Shown: one piece after another, positions 22,729-30,461 of the stretch
Position numbering within the stretch: the first letter of the stretch is position 1
How the letters are laid out: the number at the start of each line of letters is the position of its first letter
Source: Candidatus Eiseniibacteriota bacterium
Lineage (GTDB): Bacteria > Eisenbacteria > RBG-16-71-46 > JABDJR01
NCBI GenBank assembly: GCA_963762255.1
Contig: CAVXKA010000001.1
Location: forward strand, 1,504,001-1,568,000
DNA length: 64,000 nucleotides
Reading direction: 5' to 3'
Translations under genes and position numbers: made by a program
Notes under the pieces: model-generated
The model's input: the letters and a program-made list of their open reading frames with translations, nothing else
Database searches by the model: none
What the model was told of the DNA's origin: nothing

Positions 22729-24020
22729 GCGGCATCGACGAGGTCCAAGTCGACCGCGAGATCCGGTTCGACACCATTGAGGAGGCGGTGGCCGACCTCA
22801 AGGCGGGGAAGATGATCGTGGTGCTCGATGCGGAGGACCGCGAGAACGAGGGCGATGTCGTGTGCGCGGCGGAGCTGATCACCCCCGCGCACGTGAACTT
22901 CATCATCCGTGAGGCGCGCGGGCTCTTGTGCGTGCCGATGTCCGAGGATCGCCTGGCGCGGCTCGGCCTGGATTCGATGGTGAGGCAGAACACGGCGCCG
23001 ATGGGAACCTCCTTCACGGTCTCCGTGGACGCCGTGCGCGGCACCACGACCGGGATCAGCGCGCAGGACCGCGCGGTCACGATCCGCGCCCTGGCCGATC
23101 TGCACACCCGTCCGGAGGATCTCGCGCGTCCGGGTCACGTGTTCCCGTTGAGCGCGGTGCAGGGCGGTGTGCTGCGCCGCGCGGGCCACACCGAGGGTGT
23201 GGTGGATCTCATGAACCTCGCCGGGCTCCAGCCGGTGGGCGCTCTGTGCGAGATCCTCGACGAGGACGGCACCATGGCCCGCCCCCCGTATCTCTTCCGC
23301 TTCGCGCGCAAGCACCGTCTCAAGGTGATCTCGATCGCGCAGCTCATCGAGCACCGCTTCAAGACGGACAAGCTGGTGCGGCGCATGACGACCACCAAGC
23401 TCCCCACACGCTACGGCGATTTCGAGCTACATCTCTACAAGAGTTCGGTGGAGGATCGCGAGCACCTGGCGCTGGTCAAGGGCGACCCGTCCGCGCACGG
23501 CCCCGCACTGGTGCGGCTGCACTCGTCGTGCCTGACCGGCGATATCCTCGGGTCGCTGCGCTGCGATTGCGGGGAGCAGGTCACCGAGGCGCTGGAGCGC
23601 ATCGAGGCCGAGGGCGCGGGTGTCTTCCTCTATATGATGCAGGAAGGACGCGGCATCGGGCTCGCCAACAAGATCCTCACGTACGCGCTACAGGACGAGG
23701 GACTCGACACCGTGGAGGCGAACGTGCATCTTGGGTTCAAACCCGACGAGCGCCACTACGGCGTGGCGGCGCAGATCCTCAGCGATCTGGGGGTGACGGA
23801 GGTGCGTCTCCTCACCAATAATCCCGCCAAGCACATCGGCCTGGAGACGTTCGGCATCCGCATCACGGAGCGGGTGCCGCTGGAGGTGGGAACGAACCCC
23901 GCCAACCTTCGCTATCTCGCCACCAAGCGCGACAAGATGGGGCATCTGCTCGATCTCGGCGGGGCCCCCGCGGCGCCGGGCGGCGCGCCCGATTCCGAAA
24001 GGAGAAACGGACATGAATGA
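22725..24020 (+). CDS. ribBA: Bifunctional DHBP synthase / GTP cyclohydrolase II
   Basis: Motifs DRENEGD, RPGHVFPL, GHTE, RLHSSCLTGD, RCDCG and QEGRGIGL. Confidence 0.96.
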   Translation: MSGIDEVQVDREIRFDTIEEAVADLKAGKMIVVLDAEDRENEGDVVCAAELITPAHVNFIIREARGLLCVPMSEDRLARLGLDSMVRQNTAPMGTSFTVSVDAVRGTTTGISAQDRAVTIRALADLHTRPEDLARPGHVFPLSAVQGGVLRRAGHTEGVVDLMNLAGLQPVGALCEILDEDGTMARPPYLFRFARKHRLKVISIAQLIEHRFKTDKLVRRMTTTKLPTRYGDFELHLYKSSVEDREHLALVKGDPSAHGPALVRLHSSCLTGDILGSLRCDCGEQVTEALERIEAEGAGVFLYMMQEGRGIGLANKILTYALQDEGLDTVEANVHLGFKPDERHYGVAAQILSDLGVTEVRLLTNNPAKHIGLETFGIRITERVPLEVGTNPANLRYLATKRDKMGHLLDLGGAPAAPGGAPDSERRNGHE

Positions 24021-24630
24021 GTACAAGGGCTCTTTGGACGGTTCGGGGAAGCGGTTCGCCATCGTGGCGTCGCGCTTCAACGAGAGCTTCGTCACCCACA
24101 TCGTGGACGGCGCGGTGGATTGCCTTCAGCGGTTGGGCGCGGAAGAGGACGACGTCGATCTCTTCTGGGTGCCGGGTTCGTTCGAGGTGCCCCAGGGCGC
24201 GCGCGCGGCGGCGATGAGCGGCAACTACGACGCGGTCCTCGCGCTCGGCGTGCTCATCCGCGGAGCCACGCCGCACTTCGACCTGATCGCCGCGGAGGTG
24301 ACGCGGTCGATCGGCGCGGTGGGACGCGACACCGGCGTGCCGACGATCTTCGGCATCGTGACTGCGGATACCATGGAGCAGGCGGCCGAGCGCTGCGGAG
24401 CCAAGATGGGCAACCGCGGGTGGACCGCGGCCGAGGCGGCGGTGGAAATGGCCAATCTCGGCGAGGCGTTCTCGGGATGGCGCGGCCCCGGCGAGGCGGA
24501 AGCGGTGGTACACGAGCACGAGCACGACCACGAGCACGAGCCGGCGGCTCCCGCGCCCGCCAAGCGGCGCGCCCCCGCGGCCCGGAAAGGCGGCAAGGGT
24601 GACCGGAACCGACGACGCGCCGGCGCATAA
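24013..24630 (+). CDS. ribH: Lumazine synthase with ~50-aa C-terminal extension
   Basis: Motifs SRFN, VPGSFEVP and IRGATPHFD. Tail reads HEHEHDHEHE...KRRAPAARKGGKG. Confidence 0.95.
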   Translation: MNEYKGSLDGSGKRFAIVASRFNESFVTHIVDGAVDCLQRLGAEEDDVDLFWVPGSFEVPQGARAAAMSGNYDAVLALGVLIRGATPHFDLIAAEVTRSIGAVGRDTGVPTIFGIVTADTMEQAAERCGAKMGNRGWTAAEAAVEMANLGEAFSGWRGPGEAEAVVHEHEHDHEHEPAAPAPAKRRAPAARKGGKGDRNRRRAGA

Positions 24631-25066
24631 GGGACTCGTCCCCACCCACGGCCCTCGTCGACGCGCGCGCATCGCGTGCGTGCAGGCGCTCTATCGGGCC
24701 GATGTCGTGGGCGATTCCTTGAGCGCGGTTCGCGACGAAGTCGCGGCCGACACCGGGTTGCCCGACGAGGCGCGCGACTACGCGGGTCGATTGCTGTGGC
24801 TGGTGGAGGAGCGCGGCAAGGAGATCGACGCTACGATCTCGGCGGCGCTCACGCGGTGGGATCTCAAGCGGCTAGCGGTGATCGATCGCGCGGTGTTGCG
24901 CATGGCGACTGCGGAGGTGCTGTTCGCTCCGGAGGTGCCGGTGCAGGTGCTGCTCAACGAGGCCATCGAAATCGCCAAGCGCTTCGGGTCGAACGAATCG
25001 GGAAGGTTCGTGAACGGGGTGCTGGACCGTGTCGCTCGCGAGCAACGCGGCAAGGAGGCGGAGTGA
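24599..25066 (+). CDS. nusB: Transcription antitermination factor NusB
   Basis: Motifs RRRAR..VQALY, DRAVLR, NEAIEIAKRF and FVNGVLD. Follows ribH. Confidence 0.95.
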   Translation: MTGTDDAPAHKGLVPTHGPRRRARIACVQALYRADVVGDSLSAVRDEVAADTGLPDEARDYAGRLLWLVEERGKEIDATISAALTRWDLKRLAVIDRAVLRMATAEVLFAPEVPVQVLLNEAIEIAKRFGSNESGRFVNGVLDRVAREQRGKEAE

Positions 25067-25797
25067 GAACGGGGATCATCTCCGACATTCACGCCAACCT
25101 CGACGCTCTCAAGGTGGTCCTCGACGACCTGCGCGCGCAGAACGTGGATCGCGTGGTGTGCCTCGGCGACATCGTCGGCTATGGCCCCGAGCCCAACGAA
25201 TGCGTGCAGCGGGTGCAGGAGACATGCGCCTTCACTGTCGTCGGCAACCACGACTACGCCGCGCTGGGACGGCTGGATACGCTCGCGTTCAACGACTACG
25301 CGCGGGCGGCGGCGGACTGGACCTCGGAGGCGCTCTCGCCCGAGTCGCGCGCATTCCTGGAGCAGTTGCCCCTGACCAAGGAGCTGGATGGGATGCTCCT
25401 GGTGCACGCGAGCCCGCTGGCTCCGGAAGAGTGGACGTACGTGCTCTCGTACCATGAAGCGGAACGGCAGTTCGCGGCGTTCACCGAGCGGCTCTGCTTC
25501 ATCGGGCACTCGCACCTGCCGGTGGTGGTGGAGAATACCGACGGTCACGTCGAAGCGCTGCGCTATCCGAATGGCGACCCGCTGCCGCTGCGCGCCGAGT
25601 GCCGTTACCTCATCAACGTCGGCAGCGTCGGTCAGCCGCGCGACCGTGATCCGCGAAGCGCATACGTGGTGTACGACTCCGAGGCGGACACCGTGTTGCT
25701 GCGGCGACTGGAGTATCCGGTGCGCGAGGCGCAGGCCAAGATCATCGACGCCGGGTTGCCGCCGTTTCTGGCGTTCAGGCTCGATTCCGGCGTCTAG
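25063..25797 (+). CDS. Metallophosphoesterase (calcineurin-like)
   Basis: Motifs SDIHAN, LGDIVGYG, GNHD, GHSH and NVGSVGQPRD. Confidence 0.9.
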   Translation: MRTGIISDIHANLDALKVVLDDLRAQNVDRVVCLGDIVGYGPEPNECVQRVQETCAFTVVGNHDYAALGRLDTLAFNDYARAAADWTSEALSPESRAFLEQLPLTKELDGMLLVHASPLAPEEWTYVLSYHEAERQFAAFTERLCFIGHSHLPVVVENTDGHVEALRYPNGDPLPLRAECRYLINVGSVGQPRDRDPRSAYVVYDSEADTVLLRRLEYPVREAQAKIIDAGLPPFLAFRLDSGV

Positions 25798-27053
25798 CCC
25801 GTCACCGTCGGATCCGTCACGCGGCCGAGGAACAGGATGCTCCCGGTCACGTTGTCGCGGATCAGGAAGAGGAACGGGTGGTCCGCCGTGAACGGCATCG
25901 GCATGCTGGTCTCGCCCACGGAGATGCCGGTGGCCGCGGCCGCCTCGGTGCCTTCCTCGTTCACCTTCACGAACGCCTTGTGCACCGCGGTCTGCACGAA
26001 GAGATCGCGCGCGCCGTCGATGCCGGAGAGGTCCGCAGCCACCGGATCGAAGACCGACGGCATCCCCATGTCGGCGAGCATGCCGTTCAGTGAGAAGAAC
26101 TTGGTCGTCTCGAAGCGCGGGAAGTAGATCGACTGTTCCCGCTCGACAAGACCGGCGAGCCAGGTGTTCAGGTTCTCCACCGTCAAGCGATCTTCGAGCG
26201 CCTTGAGGCCATCGGTCGTCTCGGGGAGGAGCACGATCATGGAGAGATCCTTCCCCTTGTAGGGCAGCTCCAGGATCGAGACGCCTTCCGCCTGGCCCGA
26301 CAGGAACTCCGCCTCCACCGTCATCATGTCGACGGTCACAGTGCTGGTCGGTGTGACGTGGAACGGAACCTTGCTCGTCTTCTTCTCGTCGAACTGGGTC
26401 AGCCACGTCCCCTTGAAATAGATGGCGTTGGTGAGCACGAGGCGTGTCATCCCGTTGATCGAGCCGGGAGTCATGAGGTTCTGGATGCGGTCCTCTGTCT
26501 TCTGCGCGACCCAGTCATTGATGGTGCCGCGGCATGCCTCGGGGGCGCCCGCGAAGTCCATGGGTTGGAGTTCCGCGCCGTACATGTCGCGCGTCACCGC
26601 GAGATAGTCGGAGAGAAATGGAAATCCCTCTTGGCCCCACAACCGATTGGCGACGTTGAGGCGATAGCCCTCGAATGCGATGCCGCGGTCGATGCTGGCC
26701 AGCAGCTCGCGATAGAGCGGGTGCAGGCGATCCTGGGCGAGCGGAAAGTGGAAGACCTGCGCGATCTCCGCCTCGGTCTGCGTCCGCGCGCCGGCGTGGA
26801 GCATCGCAAACGCGGTCGAGATGCTGAAGGGCGAGAAGAAGAGGTTGCCCTCCTCGTCGCCCAGCTCGCGGTAGAGATCGAGAGCGAAGGCGGTGTTACC
26901 GGCGACGACCTCGCTCGCTTCGGCCTGGTACTCGACCGGGAGCTGGCGCGTCTGCAGCGGGTCGCCCGGCTTGGACGGATTGTCAGAAACGCAACTCAAG
27001 AGCGCCGCTGCCGCGAAGAGTCCGATGGCGAAGAGCTTCGTGAGCTTCAACAT
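25794..27053 (-). CDS. Serpin, lipoprotein
   Basis: Lipobox LLSC; motifs NLFFSPFSI, NAIYFKGTW, hinge EEGTEAAAAT and ADHPFLFLI. Confidence 0.95.
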   Translation of the reverse strand: MLKLTKLFAIGLFAAAALLSCVSDNPSKPGDPLQTRQLPVEYQAEASEVVAGNTAFALDLYRELGDEEGNLFFSPFSISTAFAMLHAGARTQTEAEIAQVFHFPLAQDRLHPLYRELLASIDRGIAFEGYRLNVANRLWGQEGFPFLSDYLAVTRDMYGAELQPMDFAGAPEACRGTINDWVAQKTEDRIQNLMTPGSINGMTRLVLTNAIYFKGTWLTQFDEKKTSKVPFHVTPTSTVTVDMMTVEAEFLSGQAEGVSILELPYKGKDLSMIVLLPETTDGLKALEDRLTVENLNTWLAGLVEREQSIYFPRFETTKFFSLNGMLADMGMPSVFDPVAADLSGIDGARDLFVQTAVHKAFVKVNEEGTEAAAATGISVGETSMPMPFTADHPFLFLIRDNVTGSILFLGRVTDPTVTG

Positions 27054-27152
27054 CTTGCCGTCCTCCCGAAGTGGGGTCGAGGGGCTGAACGGGTGTCCAG
27101 GATCGTGCATCACTGCATCTTACTCCCGTTTTCTAGCCGCGGTTCCCGCCAG

Positions 27153-28712
27153 TTACGGGTCCACCACGCGACCCATGAACAGGATCGTCCCGGTCGTGTT
27201 CTCCTGGATCCACCAGAGGAAGGGGTGGTCGACGCGGACGACGACGGGCTCCTCCCATTCCATGGTGCTCCCGGTGGCAATATGCGCGGTCGCCGCCGAG
27301 GCCTCGGTGCCTTCCTCATATGCATCCACCGCGGCAGCGTGGAACGCCCCAGAAACGTGGAGCTGCCCCGCAGCCATAGGATCCTCGATGGCACCGAGCA
27401 AGTCACACTCACCAGGGCGGAACGCGCGAGAGATGCCGATGTCTTGAAGCACTGGAACAAGATCCCATTCGGATGCAGCTCTCCATCGGGGCAGATGCAA
27501 CTCCACGCGGCTCGGCCCGGCGCAACCTCGAACAGCCGCAATCGCGTGCGCGTCAAGCCGGCGCTCCAGGTCCGTCAAGCCGTCCCGCGCCCGTGGAAGG
27601 ACGATCATCATCCCGATGTTTCCGCCTCGGTAGTCGAGCCGTACCACCTGCTCATCATCGGTTTCTCCGTAGAGAGTCTCCATGGTGGATTGCATGGTGG
27701 GGACCTTTGTTGAATCGGTCTGGCCGACCCAGAAGGTCTCATCGGCGGTGAGTCCTTCGGCGAACGGGTGGAGCCATCGCGAGCGGAAGAAGACCGTGTT
27801 GGCGAGAACGAGGGCCGTGCTCACATCGATAGAGCCCACAGGGATCAGTTCCGGGATCCGTCCCCGTGTCCCGTCGCGCGCCCAACGATTGATAGCATTG
27901 CGGCCCTGCTCGGGCGCGCCACTGAAATCGATAGCGGCTACGGTGTCGGCCGGGATGGATCGTGCCGACTCCATGAAGCCCTCACGCAGGCGCAGCTTTC
28001 CATCGAACCACGCGCCGTTGGCCAGTCGCCATTGGCCTCCAGTCGTGAAGGTGATGACATCCAGGTAGGCTCGCAGCGTGTCCAGCGTGCTCAAGAAACG
28101 GGGCGCGCCCTCTTGTGCGTGCAGAACAGCGATGATCTCACCGGCCGTTTCGCCCCGAGCACCGCGCAGGAGTAAACCGCATGAGGCGGCGACACAGAGC
28201 GGGGAGTGGATGGAGTTGCCGCCGTGGCGCGCCAGCTCCTGGTGCAGACGGGCGGTAAACTCGTCACTCACAACGGGGGTTGGTGCTAGAGGCGGCCGCG
28301 AATCCGAGCGGATGCGCATCGGCTCGATCCCGAGCTGGGCATATCGGGGATCGGGTCGAGGAAGTGTGCAACGGAGGGCGAAATCGATCGTTGCTTCACG
28401 GCCCTCGCCGACGACGCAGGGCGTCTCAACCGATGCGTAGCCAAGAAAGGTCGCCCGCAGCACATATGACCCGGGTGGGACGTTCGCCATCCGGAACTGC
28501 CCCGTGGTGTCCGCCATCGCGCCAAGGCGCGTGCCAAGCAGGATTACGTTGGCGAAGCGTATGGGGCGACCGTCTTCCGCACCTCGCACGGTCCCGGCGA
28601 TAGTGCCGGCGGGGCGCGCGGACGGCCCAGTTTGGGCACGCGCGACTGGCGCGGGCGCGGCGACCAGGAGAAGGAGTACGGCGAATGGTGCGAGGTGAAG
28701 CGTACGCGTCAT
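27153..28712 (-). CDS. Serpin with N-terminal carboxypeptidase-regulatory-like domain
   Basis: Signal peptide, GTIAGTV..ANV..GQFRMANVPPGSY, then hinge EEGTEASAAT and DHPF. Confidence 0.92.
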   Translation of the reverse strand: MTRTLHLAPFAVLLLLVAAPAPVARAQTGPSARPAGTIAGTVRGAEDGRPIRFANVILLGTRLGAMADTTGQFRMANVPPGSYVLRATFLGYASVETPCVVGEGREATIDFALRCTLPRPDPRYAQLGIEPMRIRSDSRPPLAPTPVVSDEFTARLHQELARHGGNSIHSPLCVAASCGLLLRGARGETAGEIIAVLHAQEGAPRFLSTLDTLRAYLDVITFTTGGQWRLANGAWFDGKLRLREGFMESARSIPADTVAAIDFSGAPEQGRNAINRWARDGTRGRIPELIPVGSIDVSTALVLANTVFFRSRWLHPFAEGLTADETFWVGQTDSTKVPTMQSTMETLYGETDDEQVVRLDYRGGNIGMMIVLPRARDGLTDLERRLDAHAIAAVRGCAGPSRVELHLPRWRAASEWDLVPVLQDIGISRAFRPGECDLLGAIEDPMAAGQLHVSGAFHAAAVDAYEEGTEASAATAHIATGSTMEWEEPVVVRVDHPFLWWIQENTTGTILFMGRVVDP

Positions 28713-28718
28713 TGCGGG

Positions 28719-30332
28719 CTACCTCATTTCTCTTGAGGCTGAGGCGGTGGCGCGCGGATCTACGACCCGACCCATGAACAGGATCGTCCCGGTCGTGTTC
28801 TCCTGGATCCACCAGAGGAAGGGGTGGTCGATGTGGACGGAGACCGGTTCCTCCCAATCCATGGCACTCATGGTGGCAATATGCGCAGTCGCCGCCGAGG
28901 CCTCGGCGCCTTCCTCGTCGACTTCTATCGTCGCTGCGTGGACGGCTGAGGACACGTAGACCCGCTTCGCGAGATACTCGCTCTCGATGGCCCGGGATAG
29001 ATCGCACCGACCCTCTTCGAATACCTTGGAGACGCCAAGAGCGCGCAAGACGGGAATGAGATCCCAACGGGATTCCATTTTCCAGCGAGGCAGGCGGAGA
29101 TCGACCTCTCGGGTCTTGAGAACCTCTCGGAGCTCTTTGATCAAGGGGCCATCCAGACGTCTTTCGATACCGGCGAGGCCATCTCGGGACCCGGGAAGGA
29201 CGATGACCATGCCGATGTCGCTTCCCCGGTAGTCCAGGCGGACGACTTGCGCGTCCGCGACGTTTCCATAGGAGATCTTCGAGGCCGATCGCATGGTGGG
29301 CACGCTGATGGGATCGGATCCGTTGACCCAGAACGGCTCATCGCGGGTCTCGCCCTTGCCGAAAGGATCGAGCCAACGCGCGTGCAGGTAGAGGGCGCTG
29401 GCGAGAACGATCGCGGTCTCGCGATGGACCGCTTCAGGGGCCAGGATGTCAGGGATCCGGTCTCCCGTCTGCTTGCGGACCCAGTCGTTGATGGCCGTGC
29501 GGGCCTCTTCCGGGGCGCCTTGGAAGTCCAGAACGCCGACTGTATCCGCCGGATCGGAGCCGATCGACTCGACATAGTCGCCGTGCGGGGCGACGGCGCG
29601 GTCGAACCAGGCGCCATTGGCCATGTTCCAACTGTCTCCGAGGACCGTGGTGCTCTGGCTTAGAAAGGACCCTATCCACCCTAGCCCGGTGAGCAGTTCC
29701 TCCCCGTCCTGTTTGGTCTGAAGTGCTTGCGCGATTTCTCGTGCGGTCTCACCGTGGGCGGCGCGCATGAGAAGGGCGCTCGCGGCGGTCACGCAGAACG
29801 GAGAGTGAACGAGGTTGCCTCCGGATGGGGCCAGTTCTCGATGGAGTCTTGCGGCGAAGGCGTCCCAACCCGCTACCTGCTCGGGGCGCGGGAAGAGATG
29901 GATGCTGCGGAGCGGCACCCAATCCCACTTGTCGATCCGGAAGGAGGCAACCCCGTTCCGCGCGGTCACGAGTGGGGGTGCGACAATCGTCGTGCGGATG
30001 GTGAAGGCGATTGCAGCTTCAGCGCCACCCTTCACCACCACGGTCGTCTCGGCCGGCGCGTATCCGAGGAAGCTCACGCGAAGGCGGTGCTCACCCGGGG
30101 GAACGTTCTCGATCCGGAACTCGCCGAAGGGATTCGTCGTGTCCGCCAGCTTGGTTCCGAGGACGGTGACCTGCGCATACTGCTTGGGCATGCCATCCAC
30201 GTCACGCACGGTCCCGCTAATCGTTCCGGGGGCGCGCGCCAGCGGGGATTCCGAATCCTGCAATCCGAGCAGAGGAGAGACGGCAACGACGATCAATATG
30301 ACAAAGAGAATCTTCTGAATCTGTCGTGGCAC
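28719..30332 (-). CDS. Serpin with N-terminal carboxypeptidase-regulatory-like domain
   Basis: Probable GTG start at 30332 gives a signal peptide. Contains GTISGTV..GEFRIENVPPG, hinge EEGAEASAAT and DHPF. Confidence 0.92.
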   Translation of the reverse strand: MPRQIQKILFVILIVVAVSPLLGLQDSESPLARAPGTISGTVRDVDGMPKQYAQVTVLGTKLADTTNPFGEFRIENVPPGEHRLRVSFLGYAPAETTVVVKGGAEAAIAFTIRTTIVAPPLVTARNGVASFRIDKWDWVPLRSIHLFPRPEQVAGWDAFAARLHRELAPSGGNLVHSPFCVTAASALLMRAAHGETAREIAQALQTKQDGEELLTGLGWIGSFLSQSTTVLGDSWNMANGAWFDRAVAPHGDYVESIGSDPADTVGVLDFQGAPEEARTAINDWVRKQTGDRIPDILAPEAVHRETAIVLASALYLHARWLDPFGKGETRDEPFWVNGSDPISVPTMRSASKISYGNVADAQVVRLDYRGSDIGMVIVLPGSRDGLAGIERRLDGPLIKELREVLKTREVDLRLPRWKMESRWDLIPVLRALGVSKVFEEGRCDLSRAIESEYLAKRVYVSSAVHAATIEVDEEGAEASAATAHIATMSAMDWEEPVSVHIDHPFLWWIQENTTGTILFMGRVVDPRATASASREMR

Positions 30333-30361
30333 GATCGAGTCCCCCAGCCCTGGAACGATCA

Positions 30362-30419
30362 ACCCCGGGGGTCGCCGCGAGTATGGCTCTTTTCGCCTCG
30401 CGATGCAACCACCCGGGGT
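30362..30419 (-). promoter_or_regulatory. sigma70-like promoter embedded in an imperfect inverted repeat upstream of the serpins
   Basis: Minus strand TTGCAT (30408-30403)-17 bp-CATACT (30385-30380), flanked by ACCCCGGG...CCCGGGGT arms. Confidence 0.5.
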
Positions 30420-30461
30420 CGGTATTGAAACGCGGGCGCCCCGTCGCGCCCGCGCGTTCAT

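Noticed and set aside
27169-28915. Serpin 3' repeats as a DGR template/variable repeat pair
   Set aside because: Differences are not adenine-specific, both copies lie in intact genes, and there is no reverse transcriptase in the window.
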